Source of the DNA: Opitutales bacterium
Lineage (GTDB): Bacteria > Verrucomicrobiota > Verrucomicrobiia > Opitutales > PNEW01
DNA: 32,000 bases
Reading direction: 5' to 3'
Assembly (NCBI GenBank): GCA_965219535.1
Contig: CBDCNV010000001.1
Location: 1,590,001 to 1,622,000 of the forward strand
Part shown: positions 8,467 to 17,657 of the stretch, piece after piece
Layout of the letters: each line of letters begins with the position of its first letter
Numbering within the stretch: position 1 is the stretch's first letter
Made by a program: the position numbers and the translations under genes
Notes under the pieces: generated by a model
The model's input: the letters and a program-made list of their open reading frames with translations, nothing else
Databases searched by the model: none
Told to the model about the DNA's origin: nothing

Positions 8467-8604
8467 TGATAGGTACACTGTCAATGGCAGCCGTGATGAT
8501 TTGGCTCAATGTTCATCCCAGGTTGTCGTTTGTATCACTCCAGGCGAATTCGATTCGGGAGCTACTATTGAGTTTCTGCTACTTGATTCGTGCAAACTTT
8601 CTCC

Positions 8605-9057
8605 ATGAAATTTAAGCGCAAAAGATATTTCATTATACCCATAGTGATTTTGGCATTCCTTCTTATACTGTGGTATTCAGTAGAGCCTTGGGTCGTCACT
8701 TTCATGGATGATGGGCCTTATTACTCGACAGACTTCACGGGCAAGGTTGATGAATTGCCCCTCTATTCACGCGTCGAACTCCATCGGTTTGGTCAGATAG
8801 CCTATGTTTTGGAATCTCGATTAATCGATCATGAAAAACCAAGTGTGCTCCTCTTGAGAGAGAGAAAAAATGGTTCACTCGTCTGGAGTAGGCTACCCGT
8901 TAAACCTGATGGTGAACTGGGCCCGCTCACCTTGGTCAAGGGGTATCGCACCTGGTATGGGGGTTGGAAAATAACCATTAACCCAGCTTTTCAGGAAGGT
9001 GGATATTTATACCTCGGACCTTTTGGCGGGGTCCGCTTTTTCAACCACAGCTGGTAG
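8605..9057 (+). CDS. membrane-anchored hypothetical protein
   Basis: The ORF has the N-terminal TM YFIIPIVILAFLLILWY. I prefer the ATG at 8605 (MKFKRKRY) over the GTG at 8590. I recognise no family. Confidence 0.45.
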   Translation: MKFKRKRYFIIPIVILAFLLILWYSVEPWVVTFMDDGPYYSTDFTGKVDELPLYSRVELHRFGQIAYVLESRLIDHEKPSVLLLRERKNGSLVWSRLPVKPDGELGPLTLVKGYRTWYGGWKITINPAFQEGGYLYLGPFGGVRFFNHSW

Positions 9058-9221
9058 TCACCACTGGCCCAAAATTAAAGTCAGGACGCCGCATTAAATA
9101 GAGGAACGATCAGTCGACATCGCCGCGCGATAGCCACTTGATCGATCTTCAGATCCCCCGCGATCTCAGCACTTACATTGTAATCTCCGCATTTACACCT
9201 CGTCGTGTAAACTGAGGAGGA

Positions 9222-9512
9222 TTAGATCCAATTTTCTCTTACCGCCAAATCAAAACTGGTGACACTGCCGTACCCCGCATTTTCCGATGCCGTCTCGTAA
9301 TATCTGTAACGTGGTCCAATAATTTTGCCATCTTGATATACGACATAGCCGTTGTGATTTTGCGGTGGACCAACAGCATTAACCTGATTACTGATTTTAG
9401 GTTTGTCGTTATTCCAAGGGACGTTTTCGCCCGACTGTTCCGTCATGGGTTGCTCATTCGTTTTATTAACCATAATTATTGCATATCCGGCCCTGGGATA
9501 ATTTGCAAGCAA
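9222..9512 (-). CDS. hypothetical small protein
   Basis: This is a 96-aa ORF with no recognisable motif, in an isolated AT-rich context. The call is weak. Confidence 0.25.
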   Translation of the reverse strand: MLANYPRAGYAIIMVNKTNEQPMTEQSGENVPWNNDKPKISNQVNAVGPPQNHNGYVVYQDGKIIGPRYRYYETASENAGYGSVTSFDLAVRENWI

Positions 9513-9748
9513 TGATACTCGGCATCGGGTAATTCATAAGAAAATTGAATAATAGTGATGATAATTTCTCTTAATAACAGCATTTCCGAGCGCTGAGACG
9601 AGTATGGGGAGCTGTGGATAAATGGATGCTATTTACAGACTTAAATTACCTTTAAGCTAAAACGGTGAATAATTATCAATAGACAATTGGCTGGGTAGAC
9701 ATCAACTAATAATCACTCGCTCAGCCACTTTATTCTCCTATTATGACT

Positions 9749-10021
9749 CTAGGCGGGGGGATAGAAAAGGTTATGGCGAGGAATAAGGGGGCTGTTCAAT
9801 AGTTCTCCAAACGCAGGGTGGTTTTCTATATTAGCCCGATTGAAGGTCATTGAATGGACGTCTAGGCCACTGGCATCATATAATTGGCGCAGGAATTCTT
9901 GTGCCATACTTTCATTTCCAGTAACACTCGGTATTTGAACGATCTGTTGAAGGGTGCTTATGATGTCATCCTGCAATTTGTCCACCTCACTAATAATTGT
10001 TTCTTTCAATTTAGCATTCAT
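9749..10021 (-). pseudogene. N-terminal remnant of an M20-family (ArgE/DapE-like) peptidase
   Basis: The 90-aa ORF opens like M20 enzymes (LQQIVQIPSVTGNESMAQEFLRQLYDASGLDV...IENHPAFGE) and stops before the metal-binding GH.DVV region. I found no continuation in any frame of 9513-9748. Confidence 0.5.
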
Positions 10022-10057
10022 TCGACAATCTCTTCCTAAATATAACTGTGCTTGTAT

Positions 10058-11131
10058 TTAATTCTTTATGGCTCCCACTAGAGCTTTGTTCAGTGCCGGC
10101 ATCAGTTCGTTTGAAAAAAGATCGAGGTTGCGAAGCCAGCTGGCCTTGTCGTCCCAGTCAAATGCCATGAGGACAAGTGTGCCGAAGGGGCCGCTCTCTT
10201 CGATGAGCATGAGTAGCCGCTTGAGCACTTCATCTACGTCACCAGCGATAATCTGCTCGGATAACCAGTAGTCCATGTTACAGTCGGAATCTGCCATCTC
10301 GGGGTCACGCTTCATAAAGCCGCGTCCGGGTCCCAAGTCCATCAGACTGGCGAGGTACTCGAAGTTTTTTCCCGCTGAATTGGTACGGATCCGATCGACT
10401 GCCTCCTTCGTGGTGTCGGCGAGGAAAATTTGACGGGCTACTTTCCAGTCTGAACGATCCGGACTGTTGCCTGCTTGGAGAGCTGATTTTTCATAGGTCG
10501 CCCAGTTGTCTGCGAGGATATTACCGGTAGCGAGAGCGGCAGAGTAGGGGGCAAATCCGTATTTCCCGGCCAACTGCAAGCTGTATGAATTTCGATTTAT
10601 CCCCGGCATGGCAATCGGTGGATGCGGCTGCTGCAGTGGTTTGTGAATGAAACCGATCTGGGTTTCCTCGTGGACGTTTTCCTTGAGCGCGAACTGCCAG
10701 AATTCACCGTCGTGCTCATACGGCGGTTCTGATGACCACAGCTTTAATATAACGTCGAGTGCTTCTACCATCATAGCGCCGCCCACCTTTGGGTTCTGGC
10801 CATAGAGTTCGTAATCTGTTATTACCCCGCTGGGGCCAAGACAGAGATTGAGGCGTCCCTTAGAAAGGTGGTCGAGAAAAGCAAGTCGGGTGGCTACATA
10901 AGCCGGATGATGTTGGTTCAGGCATATTGGACATGGACCGAGGCGGATACGTTCGGTCTCTCCTAGAACGCGTCCGATAAAGACCTCTGGCACGACAACG
11001 GATTCGTATTTCATTGTGTGGTGCTCCCCAATCCAGAACTCGTCGAAATCTAGCGCCTCGGCCCAAACGACAAGCTCGATGTCCTCATCGTAGCACTGGG
11101 CTAGCGGTTTGTCCGGAGGATGGAACGGCAT
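10058..11131 (-). CDS. luciferase-like (LLM class) flavin-dependent monooxygenase
   Basis: MPFHPP...ELVVWAEALDFDEFWIGEHHT...RIRLGPCPICLNQHHPAYVATRLAFLDHLSKGRLNLCLGPSG is a typical LLM TIM-barrel N-terminal half. The true start is probably upstream of the annotated ATG (see finding). Confidence 0.85.
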   Translation of the reverse strand: MPFHPPDKPLAQCYDEDIELVVWAEALDFDEFWIGEHHTMKYESVVVPEVFIGRVLGETERIRLGPCPICLNQHHPAYVATRLAFLDHLSKGRLNLCLGPSGVITDYELYGQNPKVGGAMMVEALDVILKLWSSEPPYEHDGEFWQFALKENVHEETQIGFIHKPLQQPHPPIAMPGINRNSYSLQLAGKYGFAPYSAALATGNILADNWATYEKSALQAGNSPDRSDWKVARQIFLADTTKEAVDRIRTNSAGKNFEYLASLMDLGPGRGFMKRDPEMADSDCNMDYWLSEQIIAGDVDEVLKRLLMLIEESGPFGTLVLMAFDWDDKASWLRNLDLFSNELMPALNKALVGAIKN

Positions 11132-11363
11132 GATAAAAATGCCGGATTTTATCGATTGACTGTTGGCAATTATAAAGTTCCCTCCCTCTTAAATGCTATT
11201 TGGACATGAACTTAAAACTTAATAATAATGGCAAGAAATAATATTAAATTTAGGAATAGTATTTGTGTATGCGAACGGTATTATAACAATACCCTATTCA
11301 CCGTCATCTTTACAATTACGATAAATATTTACATACCCATTAACTCGCTCTCATCTATGTTCA

Positions 11364-13037
11364 TTATTTGCTATAGTAAAACTGAAAGGCATACAAACTC
11401 GCCTCCAGCAAATGAAAACACAAGCGCACAGGTTTGTTCCAAAGAGCACGCACATCTGTCTTTCCCTGCCAGGTGACAGGGTGCCAAATCTGGCCTTTGG
11501 GTGCGTGAACAGGATCGCAGTCCAGGGCGGAATAACCAGCGTAGGGCTCGAACTTGGAGTCTAGAATTTCCACGCGGATGAAGCCGTAGTCACAGTCGGC
11601 ATTGATTTTGAGCGAGTCGCCCTCGAAAACAAACTGCGTTGTATAGACTCTTCCCTGTTCATAGGTTGGTTTTAGTTTTGCCCAGCCGTCCTCACGCAGG
11701 ACCAGGCCGCCAATTCCACGCTGAAGCGGGAGTTCGGGTCGCACCTGGTCCATCATCGGATTTCCAATTCCGTGTTTGGTGAGTGCTTCCACATGTTCTT
11801 TTGATGCCCGGGCCGAAGATGCCGGAACATGATCCGATGTACCCGCCGGTCGAGTATCGCGTTGTTTAAAGGGGAAAGCGGAGTAGGGGATGATCATCTG
11901 ACCCTGGTGTAAGAGATAACCGGCGACCGAATGACAACAGTAGCCATAGTCCTGGCTTCCAGGTTCACCATTATCACCCCAGGGTTGGTATCCATCGGCG
12001 CGTACGAAATTAGTGCTGTCACGGCTGACGTAGAGCGCTGCCTTGGTGTGAAACTGGTCATGCTGATTGCTTTCAGCGGGAGTGTGCAGCCATTGATGTT
12101 CACCGTGCGCCTCGTCGACAATTCCGATGTAGAGGCCACCTTCTTTGCGTATCGACATGGTGTGGAGTTCGACATTTGGACTCAGGTTGGGATCCCACTC
12201 ACTAGAAAGGATAACCTTTTTAGGTGACCAGTTGATAAAGTCCTCGCTCTCTTGAAGACCGATCGTTCGCAGATGATTATGGCTCCAGGCGTGTGAGTGT
12301 TGAGAGTAGCCAAGCCACATCTGCTGCGACTCATCCCATATCACTCGCATTTGATGATGATGTCGAAAGGAGGTGGAGTCGCTGATCACCTGCCAGTGGA
12401 TACCGTCGGGTGAAGCTGCCACACGTGACATCACCCTTTCACCGCGCTTGAATGCTTCCGCTCCGGGATTATATACGGCGAGAAATTTCTTGTTGGGATC
12501 GCTGCGATCCGGGTTGAGGACCAGGGTCCCATTGTCAAAATCAGTTGCGACGATATTCGTCTTAGTCTTATTTTCGAAGGGCTGACAATCAGATGACAGT
12601 GGTTTCGTCCAATGAATGGCGTCCTCAGATTCAGCATAGCAGAGGACGACTCTGGTGCCATCGGCAAAATTGGTGTTACCGCTGACGAGCGTCTTATACC
12701 ATAGCTTGAATAGCCCGTCATCCGGGTCATGCAAGGCCGCCGCAACGACGCAGGTCCAGTGATAGCGTTCCCATGGCAGGTCCGTGTACTGGATTAGGGG
12801 TTCAGTTTTCTTGGGCCGTACAACGACGCGTTCAACGCCATCCAAATCGGCGAGTATAAAATTGTCCAGCAGGAGTTGCTTGTCCGTTCCAATGTGCGTG
12901 AAAGGGTGTTTGTAAGGGGGATTGAAATAGGGATAGGTCGCTATATCAACCGGACGTTTACCGGTCCAGGTATCATCCATACTGCGGTTTAGATCGAGAA
13001 GTTCAGTGGGGCTTTTATGTTCAGGTTGATCGTTCAT
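11364..13037 (-). CDS. beta-propeller (Asp-box-like) glycoside-hydrolase-like protein with C-terminal beta-sandwich, paralogue 1
   Basis: Blade motifs SEDAIHW, SPDGIHW, SEDFINW and SRDSTNF are present, and the C-terminal tail is ...VRLCFHLLEASLYAFQF. It is homologous to the ORFs at 20229 and 26303. The ATG at 13037 (AAGGA 5 nt upstream) is preferred over the TTG at 13061. Confidence 0.6.
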   Translation of the reverse strand: MNDQPEHKSPTELLDLNRSMDDTWTGKRPVDIATYPYFNPPYKHPFTHIGTDKQLLLDNFILADLDGVERVVVRPKKTEPLIQYTDLPWERYHWTCVVAAALHDPDDGLFKLWYKTLVSGNTNFADGTRVVLCYAESEDAIHWTKPLSSDCQPFENKTKTNIVATDFDNGTLVLNPDRSDPNKKFLAVYNPGAEAFKRGERVMSRVAASPDGIHWQVISDSTSFRHHHQMRVIWDESQQMWLGYSQHSHAWSHNHLRTIGLQESEDFINWSPKKVILSSEWDPNLSPNVELHTMSIRKEGGLYIGIVDEAHGEHQWLHTPAESNQHDQFHTKAALYVSRDSTNFVRADGYQPWGDNGEPGSQDYGYCCHSVAGYLLHQGQMIIPYSAFPFKQRDTRPAGTSDHVPASSARASKEHVEALTKHGIGNPMMDQVRPELPLQRGIGGLVLREDGWAKLKPTYEQGRVYTTQFVFEGDSLKINADCDYGFIRVEILDSKFEPYAGYSALDCDPVHAPKGQIWHPVTWQGKTDVRALWNKPVRLCFHLLEASLYAFQFYYSK

Positions 13038-13094
13038 GGGATTCCTTCGGCTATTTATCAAGGAATGAATTCATAGGAATATGCTTGAATAGAA

Positions 13095-13126
13095 GTCAAA
13101 AGGTCAAAAGGTCAAAAGGTCAAAAG
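13095..13126. repeat. (GTCAAAAG)4 tandem 8-mer array in a divergent intergenic region (candidate cis-regulatory element)
   Basis: There are four perfect units. On the minus strand the array reads TTTTGACC x4, pointing toward the propeller gene. It is nearly centred between the ATG at 13037 (-) and the ATG at 13180 (+). Confidence 0.8.
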
Positions 13127-13179
13127 GGAAGAGGGTATGTGTAGCCGAAGATGAAGAATATTGCTGGTAACTAAGCATT

Positions 13180-15228
13180 ATGGAGCAACCAAATTTCAGT
13201 AACTGCCGATTGCAGGCCAGTATGATTTTGATGGCAATCACCATGGCAGTATTGGGCTGCAGTGGGAATAATGACAGCCGATCAATTGGAAAACCAAACA
13301 TACCAGAACGAGTCGCTGTCAGTACCGAGGGATTCAGTTTTATTTATCAGGGGGCGCCAGTCACTATATTCAGTGAAGCGCCAGAACTGGCAGAGCGCGT
13401 TGCCGCGGGAGAATTGCCCCGGTTGGAAGATCGCTTACCTGAAGAGCCCTTGATTGTACCGACCATAGAACGCATCGGGCAATACGGTGGTACCTGGCGC
13501 CGCGGGTTTACGGGACTTGATACGAGCAATATGGATCGGATTGTACATGATCACTTAATTTACTATGACATCGATGGGTACACCCTGATGCCTCACTTTG
13601 CGAAAGGATGGGAAATCAGCGAAGATGGGACAACATTTACTTTCCATCTGCGACCGGGGATGAAGTGGTCAGATGGAACCCCGTTCACAGCCGATGACTT
13701 CGTCTTCGCTTTCGAAGACATAAGTACAAATGAAAAGATCAATCCGATTAAACCTAACTATGCCACCGTGGACGGGCAGCTGTGCAAATGTGAAAAGTTA
13801 GATGAGACGACGGTTCGTTACACCTTTCATAAACCAAACTATGTTTTCATTGAGAGAGTGGGTGGTTTATACATTGCAGGTCAGTTCGTCCAGGGGGGGG
13901 CTCTCCCTCTCTTCGCACCGAGGCATTATTTAAGGCAGTTTCTCCCGCAGTATACACCCTTAAGTGATCTAAAGAATCAGGCGAAGGCAGCGGGAGACAA
14001 AAGTTGGGTGAAATTCTTTCAACGCAAAGCTTCACCCCATAAGAACCGTGACTTGCCGGTTATAGCTCCCTGGAAGCTAGTTACTCCGATAACGAGTGAT
14101 ATTTACTCTTTCGAACGCAACCCCTATTACTTTGCCGTCGATCCCGAAGGGAATCAGCTTCCCTATATCGACAAGATTGTATTGCGTCGATTTGAGAACT
14201 TGGAGGTGTTCAACTCACGGGTCATTGCCGGCGAGGTGGATATGCAACATCGTCATATCCTGATCGACAAAGTTCCTCTTCTCATAAGGGAGTCCCATAA
14301 AAGTAACTACCGTGTACTCATTTGGCCCAATTTAGGAGGTTCCGACGGCATCATATATGTTAACCAGACCTGGAACGGAGATCCGGAAATAAAAAAGTGG
14401 CTGAGAAGCCGTGATTTTCGGATAGCCCTCTCGCTTGCCATTGATCGGGTAGAAATAAATGAATCGATATTTATGGGCATTGGTGTGCCGAGAGCCTTCC
14501 TCCCATTCCCGAATAATCCCTATTATCCCGGTCCTGAATATGAGAAAAGGAATGCCGTTCGCAACCTGGAACAAGCTGACTCGATTCTCGACTCAATCGG
14601 CTTGGATAGGAAGGATAGTGAAGGTTACCGCCTGCGTACTGACAATAACGAGCGTCTGGTGATTACCTTTTCCGTTCCGGCTCAGTCGTTGATAGATTTT
14701 GAAGGTATAGCTGAACTTCTCGTGAATCATTGGAAGGATGTTGGCATCTATATACATTTAAGTGTGGAAGGGGAAACTTACTATGGAATTCGTCACAGTA
14801 ACAATGAACTACAACTCAACATGTGGTTAGCTGGCGGTTCTGAAAACCCGTGGACATATCCCAATATGACCATACCCGTTGTTGGCGGTGGATTCGCCCC
14901 GCTCAACAGTAAATGGTATACTACTAACGGACAAAGAGGTGTGGCTCCGACCGGTGATCTCAAACGTTTGCAGGAAATATATGAGGAAGGCAATAGTCTA
15001 CCTATAGCGATGCGTGCGGAACTGGGAAAAGAACTGTGGAGAATTCATTCAGACAACCTGTTTGTCATTGGCACGGTCGGGCAATCTCCAGCGATGAACG
15101 GCATAGTCGTAGTAAAAAATGATTTTCGTAATGTTCCCGATATGGCGCCCAACAGCGCCGCCATGCAGACCCCGGGAATTGCGCGACCCGAACAATTCTT
15201 TTTTGAGCGAAGCGGGCCAAACAACTGA
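13180..15228 (+). CDS. ABC-type substrate-binding lipoprotein, family 5 (oligopeptide/oligosaccharide/nickel class), copy 1
   Basis: The 682-aa product has the lipobox AVLGCSG. The overall SBP_bac_5-like pattern is present (WSDG.PFTADDFVF..., NP.YF.VDP.GNQLPYID, LNMW..GGSENPW). It is highly similar to copies 2 and 3. Confidence 0.85.
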   Translation: MEQPNFSNCRLQASMILMAITMAVLGCSGNNDSRSIGKPNIPERVAVSTEGFSFIYQGAPVTIFSEAPELAERVAAGELPRLEDRLPEEPLIVPTIERIGQYGGTWRRGFTGLDTSNMDRIVHDHLIYYDIDGYTLMPHFAKGWEISEDGTTFTFHLRPGMKWSDGTPFTADDFVFAFEDISTNEKINPIKPNYATVDGQLCKCEKLDETTVRYTFHKPNYVFIERVGGLYIAGQFVQGGALPLFAPRHYLRQFLPQYTPLSDLKNQAKAAGDKSWVKFFQRKASPHKNRDLPVIAPWKLVTPITSDIYSFERNPYYFAVDPEGNQLPYIDKIVLRRFENLEVFNSRVIAGEVDMQHRHILIDKVPLLIRESHKSNYRVLIWPNLGGSDGIIYVNQTWNGDPEIKKWLRSRDFRIALSLAIDRVEINESIFMGIGVPRAFLPFPNNPYYPGPEYEKRNAVRNLEQADSILDSIGLDRKDSEGYRLRTDNNERLVITFSVPAQSLIDFEGIAELLVNHWKDVGIYIHLSVEGETYYGIRHSNNELQLNMWLAGGSENPWTYPNMTIPVVGGGFAPLNSKWYTTNGQRGVAPTGDLKRLQEIYEEGNSLPIAMRAELGKELWRIHSDNLFVIGTVGQSPAMNGIVVVKNDFRNVPDMAPNSAAMQTPGIARPEQFFFERSGPNN

Positions 15229-15296
15229 GATTACACGAGAACGAACAAATTAATCGGAAATCGACACTATAAATAACCTTCTGATTCATTTACCTC

Positions 15297-15405
15297 TTGT
15301 CATCGCGAGGTTGCTGGGCAACCGTGGCGATCCAGGGGAACGACAATACGTGACAGGTATTCCCCTAGATTGCCGCAGTCGGCTACGCCTCCTTCGCAAT
15401 GACAA
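15297..15405. repeat. 109-bp palindromic element TTGTCATCGCGAGG...CCTTCGCAATGACAA
   Basis: The outer arms are ttgtcatcgcgagg and ccttcgcaatgacaa. The inner arms are cgtggcgatccagggga and tcccctagattgccgcag. It lies about 70 nt after the SBP1 stop. Confidence 0.7.
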
Positions 15406-15564
15406 ATAGAAGAGTGCAAATATCAAAATGACATTACAGTGAATATTTAATTACCCATATATGATGATTATTGCCAATCGAATATATACTGGTACTAACA
15501 GTGACTTTAATACTTTATAAGCTATATCACTACAGGTCTAATTAGATATGATTTTTAAAGTATT

Positions 15565-17598
15565 ATGAAGATTAATAAATTCCCAAGCTGTCGCACACCG
15601 ATCACTCTATTACTGATGGCGATCATTATTGTGGCGTTGGGTTGCAGCGGAAATAATAAATCTCCATCCACCGATAATTCGGATACTCCTGAACGGACCG
15701 CTGTCAGTACGGAGGGATTTAGTTTTATTTATCAGGGACCGCCACCCACTTCATTCAGTGAAGCTCCCGATCTGGCGAAACGTGTCGCGGCAGGGGAGTT
15801 GCCTCCGGTCGAGGATAGACTGCCTGATGAACCGTTAATAATTTCGCCCATTGAACGCATCGGTCAATACGGAGGGACTTGGCGCCGCGGATTTACAGGA
15901 GTTGATACTAACAACGTCGACCGGTTAATGCATGATCACGTAATTTACTTTGACCTCGACGGATATACGCTCGTCCCTCACGTCGCGAAAGGATGGGAAA
16001 TCAGCGAAGATGGAACAACTTTTACATTTTATCTGCGCGAGGGGATGAAGTGGTCTGATGGTGCGCCGTTCACGGCCGATGACTTTGTCTTCGCCTACGA
16101 AGAAATTATTTTGAATGATCAAATCAATCCGACAAAACCCAGCTACGCGAAAGTCGATGGGAAAATGTGCAAAGTAGAAAAGTTAGACGAAACCACGGTT
16201 CGCTATACATTTAATAAACCAAACTATGTCTTCATCGAGAATGCTGGTGGTTTAATCGTCGCTGGTCAGTACGCTGCCGGAGGAGGGCACCCCCCCTACG
16301 CGCCCCGGCATTATTTAAAGCAGTTTCTTCCGAAGTATACCCCCTTAAGTGATCTGAAAAGTAAGATGAAAGAAATAGGGCTCAGAAGTTGGGTGGAACT
16401 TTTCAAACACGTGGCTTCACCTCACAGGAACCGCGATTTGCCAGTGGTCGGTCCCTGGAGATTGGTTACTCCGATAACTGATGAAATATACTCATTGGAA
16501 CGCAACCCCTATTACTTTGCCGTCGATCCCGAAGGAAACCAACTTCCCTACATCGACAAGATTGTATTGCGCCGGTTTGAGGACTTGGAAGTTTTCAATG
16601 CGCGTGTCATGACTGGTGAGGTGGATATGCAACATCGTCATGTCCTTTTAGACAAAGTCCCTCTTCTCAAGCGGGAGGGAGGCAGGAGTAATTTCCGCCT
16701 CTTCTTATGGCCCAATTTAGGAGGTTCCGACGGCTTCATCTATGTTAACCAAACCTGGCAGGGAGATCCGGAAATAGAAAAGTGGTTAAGAAACCGCGAT
16801 TTTCGGATTGCCCTCTCACTTGCCATAGACCGGGAGGAGATAAACGAATTGATTTTTATGGGCCTGGGTGTTCCGAGAGCCTTCCTCCCCTTCCCGGATA
16901 ATCCTTATTATCCCGGTACCGAATATGAGAACAGGTATGCGATTCGTAACCTGGAAGAATCCAACGTGCATCTCGATGCCCTCGGTTTGGATAAGAAAGA
17001 CAGCGAGGGGTACCGACTGCGAACTGATAATTGGGAACGTCTGATTATTAACCTTACCGTCCCCAGTCAGTCTTATGTAGATTTTAGTGGAATAGCGGAA
17101 CTTCTCGTTAATCACTGGAAAGATGTCGGTATCGCAATACACTTAAGCGTTTTAGGGGAAACCTTTGTAGGGAGACTCCATGCAAACAACGAACTCCAAC
17201 TTCACCTGGGAATTTCTGGCGGTTCTGAAAATCCGTGGACTTACCCAAATATGACCATACCTGTCGTACAAGGTGGTTTCGCGCCTCTCGTTGGCGCTTG
17301 GTATTTATTTAACGGACAAAAGGGCGTGGCGCCAGCTGGCGCACTCAAGCGCCTGTTGGAAATATATGAGGAAGGCAACAGTCTACCCAAAGCGATGCGC
17401 ACGGAACTGGGAAAAGAATTATGGAAAATCCATTCAGACAATCTCTTTAATATTGGCATCGTCGGTCAATCACCGGCCATGAACGGTGTTGTCGTGGTGA
17501 AAAATAATTTTCGCAATGTTCCCGCTTTCGCGCCCAACAGTGCAACCCTGCAAACCCCCGGGATTGCGCGACCCGAACAATTCTTTTTTGATAACTGA
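15565..17598 (+). CDS. ABC-type substrate-binding lipoprotein, family 5, copy 2
   Basis: The 677-aa product has the lipobox VALGCSG and is colinear with copies 1 and 3. Confidence 0.85.
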   Translation: MKINKFPSCRTPITLLLMAIIIVALGCSGNNKSPSTDNSDTPERTAVSTEGFSFIYQGPPPTSFSEAPDLAKRVAAGELPPVEDRLPDEPLIISPIERIGQYGGTWRRGFTGVDTNNVDRLMHDHVIYFDLDGYTLVPHVAKGWEISEDGTTFTFYLREGMKWSDGAPFTADDFVFAYEEIILNDQINPTKPSYAKVDGKMCKVEKLDETTVRYTFNKPNYVFIENAGGLIVAGQYAAGGGHPPYAPRHYLKQFLPKYTPLSDLKSKMKEIGLRSWVELFKHVASPHRNRDLPVVGPWRLVTPITDEIYSLERNPYYFAVDPEGNQLPYIDKIVLRRFEDLEVFNARVMTGEVDMQHRHVLLDKVPLLKREGGRSNFRLFLWPNLGGSDGFIYVNQTWQGDPEIEKWLRNRDFRIALSLAIDREEINELIFMGLGVPRAFLPFPDNPYYPGTEYENRYAIRNLEESNVHLDALGLDKKDSEGYRLRTDNWERLIINLTVPSQSYVDFSGIAELLVNHWKDVGIAIHLSVLGETFVGRLHANNELQLHLGISGGSENPWTYPNMTIPVVQGGFAPLVGAWYLFNGQKGVAPAGALKRLLEIYEEGNSLPKAMRTELGKELWKIHSDNLFNIGIVGQSPAMNGVVVVKNNFRNVPAFAPNSATLQTPGIARPEQFFFDN

Positions 17599-17657
17599 CT
17601 TAATGATTATTTGCAGTTAATCTTCGTCTTCATCCTGTAATTATATACTAAAATATC

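Noticed and set aside
8142-9221. Rho-independent terminators, for example agcat-tggc-atgct after the Sel1 gene (~8149-8162) and tttacac-ctcgtc-gtgtaaa at ~9192-9211.
   Set aside because: The stems are short (5-7 bp) and are not followed by U-tracts on the relevant strand, so the evidence is insufficient. I found no convincing canonical terminator elsewhere in the window either.
7158-9512. Defence or toxin-antitoxin-like islet formed by the Sel1 protein and the three small ORFs beside the IS.
   Set aside because: I could identify no nuclease, ATPase, toxin or antitoxin motif. The small ORFs are only predicted membrane or hypothetical proteins.
11228-11476. 82-aa plus-strand ORF in the AT-rich spacer between the propeller and LLM genes.
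   Set aside because: The composition is Ile/Asn/Tyr-rich and AT-driven, the ORF overlaps the 3' end of the propeller gene, and it shows no motif.
13095-13126. Possible CRISPR array, because of perfectly repeated units (also at 23493-23532, 708-742 and 4575-4602).
   Set aside because: The units are only 7-8 nt and directly abut one another with no spacers. There are no cas genes. These are simple tandem repeats.
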